DNA of 60,927 bases. Origin: Firmicutes bacterium CAG:238. Its GTDB lineage: Bacteria; Bacillota; Clostridia; Peptostreptococcales; Anaerovoracaceae. Below are positions 19,864-28,783 of this stretch, in pieces (the stretch's first letter is position 1; the number at the start of each line of letters is the position of its first letter). The stretch spans positions 1 through 60,927 of the forward strand of contig FR881937.1 in NCBI GenBank assembly GCA_000435615.1, read 5' to 3'. The position numbers and the translations under genes were made by a program. Under the pieces are notes generated by a model. That model ran no database searches and was not told where the DNA came from. It was given only the letters and a program-made list of their open reading frames with translations.

Positions 19864-21411
19864 TTACTCTTCCACTTTTATCCCCTCAAGAATCTGTTCT
19901 ACCGAGCGTGACTGCGGATCAAGTTTCTTTTCAACCATTCCAACGACTCGGGTCAGAATGCCGGAAATCACGAAGTATATGACGGCCGTAAAAATCAAGG
20001 CAAAGAATGCCTGATAGGTACGGGCTCTCACAAGGTCGGAAATCTTCGTCAAATCCTGGATGGCAATATAGCCTGCGACCGAGGTTTCTTTGATCAGCGT
20101 GACAACCTCGCCTTTGTAAATCGGCAGGAAGTGCTTCGCCGCCTGCGGCAGCAGGATTTTGAAAAAGCTCTGGTTATTGCTGTATCCCATCGCGGTTGCA
20201 GCTTCATACTGACCGTTTCCGATCGCGCCGAAGCCCACCGAGAGCATATCATACATCGCACAGGCAAAGATCATCGTAAAGCCGACGATCGCGACAAGTG
20301 TGCCGCTCAGTCTGGTAGAGCCAAAGATGATATAGTAGAGGATCATCAGAAGCAGTACCGTCGGCATGCCCTGAATCAGCCAGAGCATGGCGTTTGTCGC
20401 GCCGTTGAGGATTGGGTTTCCTTTGCGGCAAAGCATGAAGACCGCAAAGCCGATGATGGTTCCGAGAATGATGGAACTCAGTGTGATGAGCAGCGTGATT
20501 CCTGCGCCGGAAGCAAACAGCTTCCAGCGGCTTTCCTTGATGAAGGTGTTTTCAAAATTGTCCTTCATGCGTTCAAAAAAGCCTGCCTGTTCATCGTTTT
20601 GGCCCGGTACGACCATGAAGATATCGCAGCTGTAATAAACATCGGAAAGGCATGCGTTGGCATCTCTTTCGTCGCTGAGGATGATGTTCATGCCGATATC
20701 GTCTTTGCCGGATTCTGCGCCCGGTGCGATGGATTCAAAAGCCACACGCTGGATGTTCGGCGTGTAGCCGTATTCGCGGCAGAACCGATAGACGAAATCC
20801 ACATCGTAGCCGCTGTCACCATCTTCGTTGACATAAGAAAACGGTTCGTATCCGCCTTCACAGGCAATGGTCAGCTCGCCGTTTTCGCCGGTGAAGCCGC
20901 CTTGCTCGGTTTTGCTGGTTTCCGCGTCAAAATTCTTGACCCAGTAAGTGTACATTTCGTCGAGCATACCGTCTCCGTTCGAGCCGTGGTTAGCGATAAA
21001 CTCGTTGACCTGCGCCAAGAGTTTTTCCTGTTTTTCATTGTTGCCGATGATGACAGCCGCTTCGCAAAGCCCGGCACTTTCTTTCATGGCCGCAAGCTCG
21101 GGATGCGCTGCCGCTGTAGCATAGTAGCCGACTTCCTCGATGAGGTAAGCGTCGATTTTCTGCGAATTCAAGGCCAGAATCATGTCCTGCGGCATGGTGA
21201 AATACTGGATTTCCGCATCCGGACATTTGTCCGCGATATGCGTTTCATAAAGGCAGCCGGTCTGCACGCCGATCTTTTTTCCGTTGAGGTCGGCAATGGT
21301 CTGATATTCCGCTGCGTAGGCAGTGGACAGGGTGTCGGTAAGCAGCAGACCGATCACAAACAGCACCAGAAGGATGGATGCATAGTTCTTCGTTATTTTG
21401 CTTTTTTTCAT
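19864..21411 (-). CDS. Polar amino-acid ABC transporter, substrate-binding (family 3) plus permease fusion
   Basis: Signal peptide; SBP_bac_3-type segments (DLNGKKIGVQTG; YEPFSY...GYDVD); permease with GQYEAATAMG and LIKETSV. Confidence 0.88.
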   Translation of the reverse strand: MKKSKITKNYASILLVLFVIGLLLTDTLSTAYAAEYQTIADLNGKKIGVQTGCLYETHIADKCPDAEIQYFTMPQDMILALNSQKIDAYLIEEVGYYATAAAHPELAAMKESAGLCEAAVIIGNNEKQEKLLAQVNEFIANHGSNGDGMLDEMYTYWVKNFDAETSKTEQGGFTGENGELTIACEGGYEPFSYVNEDGDSGYDVDFVYRFCREYGYTPNIQRVAFESIAPGAESGKDDIGMNIILSDERDANACLSDVYYSCDIFMVVPGQNDEQAGFFERMKDNFENTFIKESRWKLFASGAGITLLITLSSIILGTIIGFAVFMLCRKGNPILNGATNAMLWLIQGMPTVLLLMILYYIIFGSTRLSGTLVAIVGFTMIFACAMYDMLSVGFGAIGNGQYEAATAMGYSNNQSFFKILLPQAAKHFLPIYKGEVVTLIKETSVAGYIAIQDLTKISDLVRARTYQAFFALIFTAVIYFVISGILTRVVGMVEKKLDPQSRSVEQILEGIKVEE

Positions 21412-21415
21412 ATGT

Positions 21416-22522
21416 TTATGCTTCCTCCCATCTGAAATTGATTTGAATCAGGTTATTGTAAATGCCGAAAGGCGGCTCGACGATCTGGTCGAGCACATCG
21501 GTGGTCGGCTCCTCAAGCATTTCCAGGAACAATTCATTGTCCGAATCTTTCGGATCATGATGCTCACCTTGGTAGCGGATGCTGAGTGTGAGCAGGTCGA
21601 GCTTCTCTGAATAGTCGACGCGAACCAGAACCTGCGGCTCGTCCGTCATTTCCATGATATTATTGACCACGATTTCTTCGAGTGCGATTTGCAGGTCACT
21701 GATTCGCTCGTTTTCAATTAAGAGCTTTTCGGCGTACTGCTGCAGCTCGTCATAAGCCTCGGTAAAGTCGTAATCGACGGTTTCAATCTTATAAGTCAGC
21801 GAAGTGAGGCGCTTGATAAACTTAATGGTATTCGGTTTTTGCGGGTGCTCGAAAATCTCTTTCGGAGTCCCTTCTTCGTAGATGCCGCCCTCGTCCATGA
21901 AAAGCACGCGGCTCGCGATTTTCCTTGCAAAATCCATTTCGTGGGTCACGATCATCATCGTGATGCCGGATTTCGCCAGCATGCGGATAACTGCCTGAAC
22001 CTCTCCAATCATACCGGGATCCAGAGCACTGGTCGGCTCGTCGAAGAGGATGATGTCCGGATCCATGGCGAGCGTTCTGGCTATGGCGATACGCTGCTGC
22101 TGTCCGCCCGAAAGGTCCTCCGGATAATTGAAGGCCTTGGAATTGAGGCCGACGGTATTCAAGAGGGACATTGCCTTGTCATAGGCTTCCTGCCGGGAAC
22201 GGCCGAGCAGGGTAATCTGCGGATTCATGATGTTTTCGATGACCGTCAGATGTCCGAACAGATTAAAGGACTGGAATACCATGCCCATTTTTTTGCGAAT
22301 CTCGTTGAGATCGCAGCTGCCGTCGTTAATGACTTGTCCATCTACGATAATCTCCCCGGAAGTCGGCGGTTCCAGCATGTTGATGCACCGCAAAAGGGTG
22401 GACTTGCCGGTGCCGGAAGGCCCGATTACGGAAATCACATCGCCGGAATTGATGGTAACATTGACATCTTCCAAGGGGGTAATGTCTTCATATTCTTTTC
22501 TTAAGTGTCTGAGTTCGATCAT
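21416..22522 (-). CDS. GlnQ-type ABC ATPase with C-terminal RsbW/HATPase-like extension
   Basis: GPSGTGKST, LSGGQQQR, DEPTSALD, VTHEM; about 125 extra aa containing LQIALEEIVVNNI. Confidence 0.88.
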   Translation of the reverse strand: MIELRHLRKEYEDITPLEDVNVTINSGDVISVIGPSGTGKSTLLRCINMLEPPTSGEIIVDGQVINDGSCDLNEIRKKMGMVFQSFNLFGHLTVIENIMNPQITLLGRSRQEAYDKAMSLLNTVGLNSKAFNYPEDLSGGQQQRIAIARTLAMDPDIILFDEPTSALDPGMIGEVQAVIRMLAKSGITMMIVTHEMDFARKIASRVLFMDEGGIYEEGTPKEIFEHPQKPNTIKFIKRLTSLTYKIETVDYDFTEAYDELQQYAEKLLIENERISDLQIALEEIVVNNIMEMTDEPQVLVRVDYSEKLDLLTLSIRYQGEHHDPKDSDNELFLEMLEEPTTDVLDQIVEPPFGIYNNLIQINFRWEEA

Positions 22523-22577
22523 TTTGTCTATAGTGCTCCTTCCCTGTCGATTGATGCTTTCTGAGTCAGAACATCAC

Positions 22578-22666
22578 AAAAAGCCCAGAGTGAATCTGAG
22601 CTGTATTCAACTCCTAATCTGTAGCCTTATTTCGTCCAGTATACAACAGAATTCGACGTTTCGCAA
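22578..22666 (-). promoter_or_regulatory. sigma-A promoter followed by a leader with terminator/antiterminator
   Basis: Minus strand TTGCGA(22666-22661)-17-TATACT(22643-22638); leader hairpin AGCUCAGA-uucac-UCUGGGCU-UUUU. Confidence 0.6.
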
Positions 22667-22699
22667 TGAAAAATTCGAATATGCCTTCTAAAAACATCC

Positions 22700-22728
22700 T
22701 TGCCACAGAAAGCCTTTCCGAGTATACT
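22700..22728 (+). promoter_or_regulatory. sigma-A promoter for the flavodoxin-family gene
   Basis: TTGCCA-17-TATACT. Confidence 0.6.
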
Positions 22729-22809
22729 TAAAGTAAGAAGCACGGGCGGAAATGCACTCACACGGCCGCCGCACGAAGCACAAAGAGGGAAACAGGAGGC
22801 GGAGACAAA

Positions 22810-23349
22810 ATGAAGATTATAATGATGACAGGAAGTGCGCACAAGAACGGCACATCTGCGTATTTAGCAGAGCACTTCATGCGCGGCGCGAAGGAAGCGG
22901 GACATGAAGTTTCAAGATTTGACACGGCATTTATGGACATACATCCGTGCATCGGCTGCGACCACTGCCGCAGAAAGGACGGCGTGTGCGTATATCAGGA
23001 TGACATGAACCAAATCAATCCGGTGCTGAAAGAAGCCGATGCGGTGGTTTTTGTTTCGCCGATTTACTATTACGACATCAATGCGCAGCTGAAAACAGCG
23101 ATTGACCGCTTTTACGCAAGCAATGCGCAGATTCAGACCCCGAAGAAGGCAGCCCTGCTTTTAACCAGTGGGGATGCGGAATGGGATGTGACGGCAGGCG
23201 CAATCGGAACCTATAAGGGCATTTGCGGATATCTCGGCTGGTCGGACGCAGGCATTATCGCGGCAGGAGGATGCGGAGTACTCGAGGAAATCAAGCAGAC
23301 GGAATTCCCACAGAAGGCATATTTGCTCGGAAAAAATTTTGGAGCGTAA
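22810..23349 (+). CDS. Flavodoxin-family / NADPH-dependent FMN reductase (iron-sulfur flavoprotein-like)
   Basis: TGSAHKNGTS, PCIGCDHC...C...DDM, VSPIYY...LKTAIDR. Confidence 0.85.
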   Translation: MKIIMMTGSAHKNGTSAYLAEHFMRGAKEAGHEVSRFDTAFMDIHPCIGCDHCRRKDGVCVYQDDMNQINPVLKEADAVVFVSPIYYYDINAQLKTAIDRFYASNAQIQTPKKAALLLTSGDAEWDVTAGAIGTYKGICGYLGWSDAGIIAAGGCGVLEEIKQTEFPQKAYLLGKNFGA

Positions 23350-23355
23350 AAGTCT

Positions 23356-23371
23356 TGGCACACAATTTGCA
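23356..23371 (+). promoter_or_regulatory. sigma-54 (-24/-12) promoter
   Basis: TGGCAC-ACAAT-TTGCA, exact consensus and spacing, 40 nt upstream of the ATG at 23412. Confidence 0.85.
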
Positions 23372-23411
23372 TTTACTTGTTTCAAATAACTTCACAAGGA
23401 GGAAAAAAGTA

Positions 23412-24356
23412 ATGCTGAATCATAAGTTTGACATTGATGCAATCCCGGGAGAAAGATGGTTTCCAAAAGAGACAAGTTTTACGGAAGACATGAATGAATA
23501 CTGGGGAGACTGGGGAGTCTGCTCTGAGGTGGACACACTGAAGGCTGTTCTGATGCGCAGACCCGGCAAAGAAATCGAAAAATTCGATGCGCAGGCGGTG
23601 CGCTTTTCTGATGAACCGATTGATGTGGAGCTGATCAGAAAGCAACATGACGCTGTTGCGAAGATCTATACGGATTTTGGCGCGAAGGTATACTATGTTG
23701 AGGAACAGAGAGAGGACAGACCGAATGCGATTTTCTGCAGAGACCTGGTGTTTATGACGCCGGAAGGCGCGATTTTAGCAAGACCGGGCATGGCGGCAAG
23801 AAGAGGTGAAGAACGCTATGTCGCGCAGACACTTGCAAAAATCGGCGTTCCAATTGTGGCAACAGTCACAGGAGACGGTATTTTCGAAGGAGCATGCGGA
23901 ATGTGGGTAGACCGCCATACTGCAATTCTTTCAACGGGTTCAAGATGCAACGCAAGTGGCTATGCACAGGTGAAATACCAGCTTGAACGCATGGGAGTTG
24001 AGGTTTATCATATGCAGCAGCCTTACAGCAATATCCATATTGATGGGCTGATGAATGCAATCAGCGATGATATGGTTCTGGTTCATGCCGGTCAGGTACC
24101 GTATGACATTATCGATATGCTGAAAAAGAAAGGATATAAGATTCTTGAGGCACCGTCCAGAACGGAAGTCAGAGAGACATTCGGCATCAATTTTGTGACG
24201 CTGGAACCGGGACATATCGTAATGCCTGCGGGAAATCCGAGGACGCAGGAGCTTCTTGAGAAAAACGGTGTAAAGGTTGAAACGCCTGACATTTCAGAGA
24301 TTATGAAGGGCAGAGGGGCTTTGCACTGCATTACGGCATACCTGAAACGCGGATAG
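23412..24356 (+). CDS. Amidinotransferase/arginine deiminase/DDAH superfamily protein (paralogue 1)
   Basis: SEVDTLKAVLMRRPG, IFCRD, RRGEE, FEG, HIDG, catalytic Cys in GRGALHCIT. Confidence 0.88.
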   Translation: MLNHKFDIDAIPGERWFPKETSFTEDMNEYWGDWGVCSEVDTLKAVLMRRPGKEIEKFDAQAVRFSDEPIDVELIRKQHDAVAKIYTDFGAKVYYVEEQREDRPNAIFCRDLVFMTPEGAILARPGMAARRGEERYVAQTLAKIGVPIVATVTGDGIFEGACGMWVDRHTAILSTGSRCNASGYAQVKYQLERMGVEVYHMQQPYSNIHIDGLMNAISDDMVLVHAGQVPYDIIDMLKKKGYKILEAPSRTEVRETFGINFVTLEPGHIVMPAGNPRTQELLEKNGVKVETPDISEIMKGRGALHCITAYLKRG

Positions 24357-24379
24357 GATAGAATATAAGAGAGGAATCG

Positions 24380-25855
24380 ATGATCAGAAGATATGTGGAG
24401 CAGCTGCTCAGTATTTACAATTACATCGACGGCATTCTGGTGACAGACAGCAAAGGCTATATCGAGTATTTTGCGACTTACAGACCGGATGTAAACAAAT
24501 TAAAGGAAAAGAACATCCTGCATAAGCATATCACTGAGGTCTATCCGGAACTGACGGAAGAGACGAGCAGCATTATGAGGGTTTTGCGGAGCGGGGAATC
24601 GATTTCCAACGAATATCAGACGCTGAAAACCTATGACGGACAGAGCATTCGTGCGATTAACACGACGATGCCGATTAAGGAAAACAACCGAATCATAGGG
24701 GCAGTGGATGTTTCGCGTTACATTGATTCTCCGTACCGCAGACAGGACATTACGCTGGAGTCCAAGGAATTCAAGGCAAACAGCGGTGGACTTTATACCG
24801 TTGACGATATTATTACGGTGTCACCGCAGATGGAAGACATCAAGCAGAGAATTCCGCTGATTGCGGATACGGACTCGTCGGTGCTGATTTACGGTGAGAC
24901 GGGAACGGGCAAGGAACTTGTGGCGGAATCCATTCACACGGCAAGCAAGCGCGCGGGAAGGCGTTTTGTGGCGCAAAACTGCGCGGCAATACCGGGCAAT
25001 CTTCTCGAAAGTATCTTGTTCGGTACGAAGAAGGGCAGTTACACCGGAGCGGAAAACAAGCCCGGACTGTTCGAAATTGCAAACGGCGGGACTTTGTTCC
25101 TGGATGAAATCAACTCAATGGAGATGAATGTGCAGGCAAAGATTCTGAAGGCAATCGAAGAAAAACAGGTCGTGCGTCTGGGTGGTTATGAGCCAATCAA
25201 AACCGACATCAAAGTAATTTCAGCGGTCAACGAACGCCCGATGGACTGCGTGAAAGCAGGGAAACTGCGAGAGGATCTTTTTTACCGCTTGAGTGTGGTG
25301 CAGGTAAACATTCCGCCGCTCAGAGAGCGCAGAGACGACATTTTATATATGGCAAGCCGCTTTATCGAAGCTTACAATCAAAGCATGCATCGGGATATTA
25401 TGGGGCTTGATGAGCAGGTTGAAGAACTGTTTCGCAGCTATGCGTGGCCGGGCAATGTCCGCGAACTGAAAAACATCATCGAAGGGGCGTTTAATGTGGC
25501 GTCCACGCGTTTTATTCAGAAAAAAGACCTGCCGGAGTATTTGGCAAATCCCGTATGGCTTGAAGTTCCGCGGGAAGCGACCGAAGCCTTGGCAGCAGGA
25601 CGCGTGAAGGCCGGAGAAGGGGCAGGAAATGCATTTGCTGCGGAAGAAAGCGATACGAAGCGTTTCGGTGAATCGGAATGGGCTGAGGACATTTCCTTTG
25701 CCGGAAAGACGCTGAATCAGACCTTAGCAGAAGTAGAAGAAAGAATGATCCGAAATGCGCTTCGGGAGGCGGACAGTCTTGCGGGCGCAGCGCGGCTTTT
25801 AGGAATCACAAAGCAAAACCTTCATTACAAGCTCACAAAGTATAAAATAAAATAG
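24380..25855 (+). CDS. sigma-54 enhancer-binding activator, PAS-AAA+-HTH (RocR-like)
   Basis: PAS N-terminus, GETGTGKE, NCAAIP..LLESILFG, GSYTGA loop, FLDEI, LREDLFYRL, WPGNVREL, C-terminal HTH. Confidence 0.92.
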   Translation: MIRRYVEQLLSIYNYIDGILVTDSKGYIEYFATYRPDVNKLKEKNILHKHITEVYPELTEETSSIMRVLRSGESISNEYQTLKTYDGQSIRAINTTMPIKENNRIIGAVDVSRYIDSPYRRQDITLESKEFKANSGGLYTVDDIITVSPQMEDIKQRIPLIADTDSSVLIYGETGTGKELVAESIHTASKRAGRRFVAQNCAAIPGNLLESILFGTKKGSYTGAENKPGLFEIANGGTLFLDEINSMEMNVQAKILKAIEEKQVVRLGGYEPIKTDIKVISAVNERPMDCVKAGKLREDLFYRLSVVQVNIPPLRERRDDILYMASRFIEAYNQSMHRDIMGLDEQVEELFRSYAWPGNVRELKNIIEGAFNVASTRFIQKKDLPEYLANPVWLEVPREATEALAAGRVKAGEGAGNAFAAEESDTKRFGESEWAEDISFAGKTLNQTLAEVEERMIRNALREADSLAGAARLLGITKQNLHYKLTKYKIK

Positions 25856-25869
25856 GTAAACAAGAAGAA

Positions 25870-25934
25870 AGTACGCTGTAAAAAAATCTTTACTAAATAG
25901 TAAAAAAATTATTACGGCGTACTGTTTTTTTTAC
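25870..25934. promoter_or_regulatory. Putative upstream activating sequences (three 16-mers) inside a long imperfect palindrome
   Basis: GTAAAAAAATCTTTAC (25878), GTAAAAAAATTATTAC (25900) and inverted GTACTGTTTTTTTTAC (25919), about 85-140 nt upstream of the -24 box. Confidence 0.6.
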
Positions 25935-25984
25935 CGAAACTCGTGTAAACGTAAAGAAGTTGTAGGGAATTTGCGGCGGCATAT

Positions 25985-26013
25985 CGAAAATAAGCGAAAA
26001 TAAGCGAAAAAAA
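25985..26013 (+). repeat. 10-bp tandem repeat
   Basis: CGAAAATAAG x2 plus partial CGAAAAAAA directly before the sigma-54 box. Confidence 0.7.
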
Positions 26014-26016
26014 TTT

Positions 26017-26032
26017 TGGCATATTTATTGCT
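26017..26032 (+). promoter_or_regulatory. sigma-54 (-24/-12) promoter
   Basis: TGGCAT-ATTTA-TTGCT with correct GG/GC spacing, upstream of the ATG at 26080. Confidence 0.85.
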
Positions 26033-26079
26033 TTATAGTTATGCAAGAAGTATCAGAAGAAAAGACAGGAGGTTTAATT

Positions 26080-27024
26080 ATGAATGAAAAGGTGAGAGAC
26101 ATCGACGCCCTTGCCGGTGAAAGATGGTTTCCTCTGGAAACAAGTATTGTTGATGATATGAAAAATCTTTGGGGAGACTGGGGCGTTTGCTCCGAGGTTG
26201 ACACTTTGAGAGATGTCATTATGAGACGTCCGGGTAAAGAGATCGAAAACTTCGACTGGGAAGCGGCGCGCTTCAAGGCTCCGATCGACCCGGAAAAATT
26301 CAGAAAGCAGCATGACGGATTGGCGCAGGTTTACAAAGACCACGGCGTGAGAGTGCATTATATTGAAGAGCAGAGAGAGGACAGACCAAACGCGTTGTTC
26401 TGCAGAGACCTTTTGCTGATGACACCGGAAGGCGCAATCGTAACCAGACCGGCGATGGAGGCCAGAAGAGGGGAAGAACGCTACATGGCAAAGGCTTTGG
26501 CAGAGCTTGGAGTTCCGATTATCCGTACGATATGCGGTGATGCAACCTTTGAAGGTGCGATGGGCCTTTGGATTGACAGACACACGATTGTGCTGGCATC
26601 CGGCGTACGTACAAACCGCAGCGGTTATGAGATGGTAGAACAGGAACTGCGCCGCATGGGCGTGACTGACATTCTGCACATGCAGATCCCTTACGGACAT
26701 GCACACATTGACGGACTGCTGAATATGGCCAGCCACGATGTCGCGATGATTCACGCATCTCAGGTTCCTTACGATGTATGCGATGCGCTGAAGAAAAAAG
26801 GCATTAAGCTTCTGGAATGCCCGTCCAGAATCGAAGCAAAGGAATCCTTCGCGATTAACTTCGTCGCAATCGAACCGGGAACGATCGCAATGCCTGCGGG
26901 AAATCCTCGTTCCCAGGAACTTTTGGAAAAGAACGGAATTAAAGTTATTCCTGTTGAGTTTGATGAAATCATGAAAGGCTTCGGTGCAATTCACTGCTGT
27001 ACCGCATTCCTGAAGCGCGGATAA
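26080..27024 (+). CDS. Amidinotransferase/arginine deiminase/DDAH superfamily protein (paralogue 2)
   Basis: LFCRD, RRGEE, FEG, HIDG, GFGAIHCCT; long blocks identical to paralogue 1. Confidence 0.88.
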   Translation: MNEKVRDIDALAGERWFPLETSIVDDMKNLWGDWGVCSEVDTLRDVIMRRPGKEIENFDWEAARFKAPIDPEKFRKQHDGLAQVYKDHGVRVHYIEEQREDRPNALFCRDLLLMTPEGAIVTRPAMEARRGEERYMAKALAELGVPIIRTICGDATFEGAMGLWIDRHTIVLASGVRTNRSGYEMVEQELRRMGVTDILHMQIPYGHAHIDGLLNMASHDVAMIHASQVPYDVCDALKKKGIKLLECPSRIEAKESFAINFVAIEPGTIAMPAGNPRSQELLEKNGIKVIPVEFDEIMKGFGAIHCCTAFLKRG

Positions 27025-27036
27025 GGAGGAAAAGCG

Positions 27037-28764
27037 ATGGAACTTTACGAAAAATTGAAAGCAGAAATTTCCCTGGACAATATTTACAAAGACATGGCTT
27101 ACCTGATCGATGAGGTGGGCGAACGCCTTTCAGGCTCCAAGGAAATGGAAAAAGCAACGGAATATATATGCAAAAGACTGAACGAAAATATCGGAGAAGG
27201 CAGAATCGACCACTTTCCGATGTACATGAGCTATCCGGGAGAAGCGAGCCTCAGCGTCCTCAGCCCGAAAACCTATGAAATCCCGGCAAGACCTGTCTGC
27301 CACATCGATTCGACTCCGGCGGAAGGCCTTGAAGGTGAAGTACTCTATCTGGGAACCGGCGGTTACGACCGTTACGAAGGCGTTGACGCAAGGGGCAAAA
27401 TCATTCTCACGGACATGAACTGGAGTCCGGCACGTCCGGAAAAAGCAAGAATTGCCCAAGAGATGGGCGCAAAAGCTCTCATCATCATGAACTGGGGTGC
27501 TTCGGACAGCGACCTGATTCAGATGGGCGCGGTAAAAACCCAGTGGGGCAACCCGACACCGGAAAACGAGAACGAAATTCTTCACATAACGACAATCAGC
27601 ATCTCCAGAAAAGAGGGAGAAGCACTGCAGGCGCTTTGCGAGCAGGGAAAAGTCACCGTAAACATCAAGGCAAACGCAAGCCGCGAATGGATTACAGCAA
27701 GTCAGCCAATCGGAAGAGTGCGCGGCGGCAAGTCTAACGGCGAATACATTTTGATGGGAAGCCATGTTGACGCATGGGGAAAATCCGCTATCTGCAATGC
27801 ATCGGGAGACGCTTTGAACCTGGAAATCGCGAGAATCTGCTATGAAAACCGCGCAGAAATGAAGCGTGATGTGGAATTTGTTTTCTGGGACGGACACGAA
27901 ATCGCGGAAGGCGGCGGCTCGACATGGTACGCGGACCGCTACTGGCAGGATATGACGGAAAACTGCGTGGGCTATCTGAATTTGGATAATCTGGCAATTC
28001 AGGGAACGACGGTTCCGGGTGTGGAAGGACAACCGGAAATGAAGGATCTTTTGACAGAAGCTATTCAGGCGATCTTCGGTGAAGAGGGCGAATGGCATCA
28101 GGCGTACAAGGGCGGCGGAGATTCTTCCTTCTTCGGCGTAGGTGTACCATACGCATCCTTTGCGACGGAGTATACGGAGGAAAGGTTGAAAGAGCTGAAT
28201 TACGCATTTTACAGCCCTTGGCTGCACACACCGAACGACACCATCGATAAAATCGACCGGGAGCTTTTGCAAAAACACGCGGAATACTTCCTCTATGTGA
28301 TGAACAAACTCGCAAACAGCGATTTCGTCGGCTACAATATGAAGGCTTTGGCAGACGATGTGAAATGGCAGTGGGGCAAAGCAAAAGAAAATGCAGGAAA
28401 GGCACTTCCTTTGATTGCGGATCTTGACGACGTGGTTGAGAAATACGCATCGAAGATGGAGGCTTTACAGGCAATAAAGGAATCCGGAAAGGATGCGGAG
28501 CTGTTCAATGAGCTTGCGCTGGCATGCGAACGTCAGACCTCAATGTTCCGCTGCTACTCCGGAAAGTACGGACAGGATGCATGCGGATCGTACCTGACCG
28601 AGCAGCCGATTCCGGCTCTCGACCGGGCAATGCGTAAATACAACGCGGCTGAAGAAGGCTCCTATGACTATTACCTTTGGGAGACGGAGATTATGAGAAT
28701 TGCCAATATGATTTTTGATGAACTGAACATCAGTTTAAAGTATATGCAGCTTGCAGGGAGATAG
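27037..28764 (+). CDS. M28-family metallohydrolase with PA domain, atypical ligands
   Basis: RLSGS, PA insert (RGKIIL...EKARIAQEMGA), GSHVDAW, SAICNASG, FWDGHE, LNLD, LHTPND. Confidence 0.75.
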   Translation: MELYEKLKAEISLDNIYKDMAYLIDEVGERLSGSKEMEKATEYICKRLNENIGEGRIDHFPMYMSYPGEASLSVLSPKTYEIPARPVCHIDSTPAEGLEGEVLYLGTGGYDRYEGVDARGKIILTDMNWSPARPEKARIAQEMGAKALIIMNWGASDSDLIQMGAVKTQWGNPTPENENEILHITTISISRKEGEALQALCEQGKVTVNIKANASREWITASQPIGRVRGGKSNGEYILMGSHVDAWGKSAICNASGDALNLEIARICYENRAEMKRDVEFVFWDGHEIAEGGGSTWYADRYWQDMTENCVGYLNLDNLAIQGTTVPGVEGQPEMKDLLTEAIQAIFGEEGEWHQAYKGGGDSSFFGVGVPYASFATEYTEERLKELNYAFYSPWLHTPNDTIDKIDRELLQKHAEYFLYVMNKLANSDFVGYNMKALADDVKWQWGKAKENAGKALPLIADLDDVVEKYASKMEALQAIKESGKDAELFNELALACERQTSMFRCYSGKYGQDACGSYLTEQPIPALDRAMRKYNAAEEGSYDYYLWETEIMRIANMIFDELNISLKYMQLAGR

Positions 28765-28783
28765 ATCCCGGGAGGAAAGAAAA

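Noticed and set aside
20131..21435. 434-aa ORF on + strand
   Set aside because: Antisense shadow of the ABC fusion gene; no RBS or recognisable motifs
25985..26013. Tandem repeat as CRISPR or phase-variable tract
   Set aside because: Only about 2.5 copies of 10 bp, no spacers, no cas genes
23412..27024. Calling the paralogues arcA
   Set aside because: About 100 aa shorter than ArcA, and no arcB/arcC/arcD in the window
26074..28278. Long minus-strand ORFs (306 and 382 aa)
   Set aside because: Mirror frames of the amidinotransferase and M28 genes; no protein-like features
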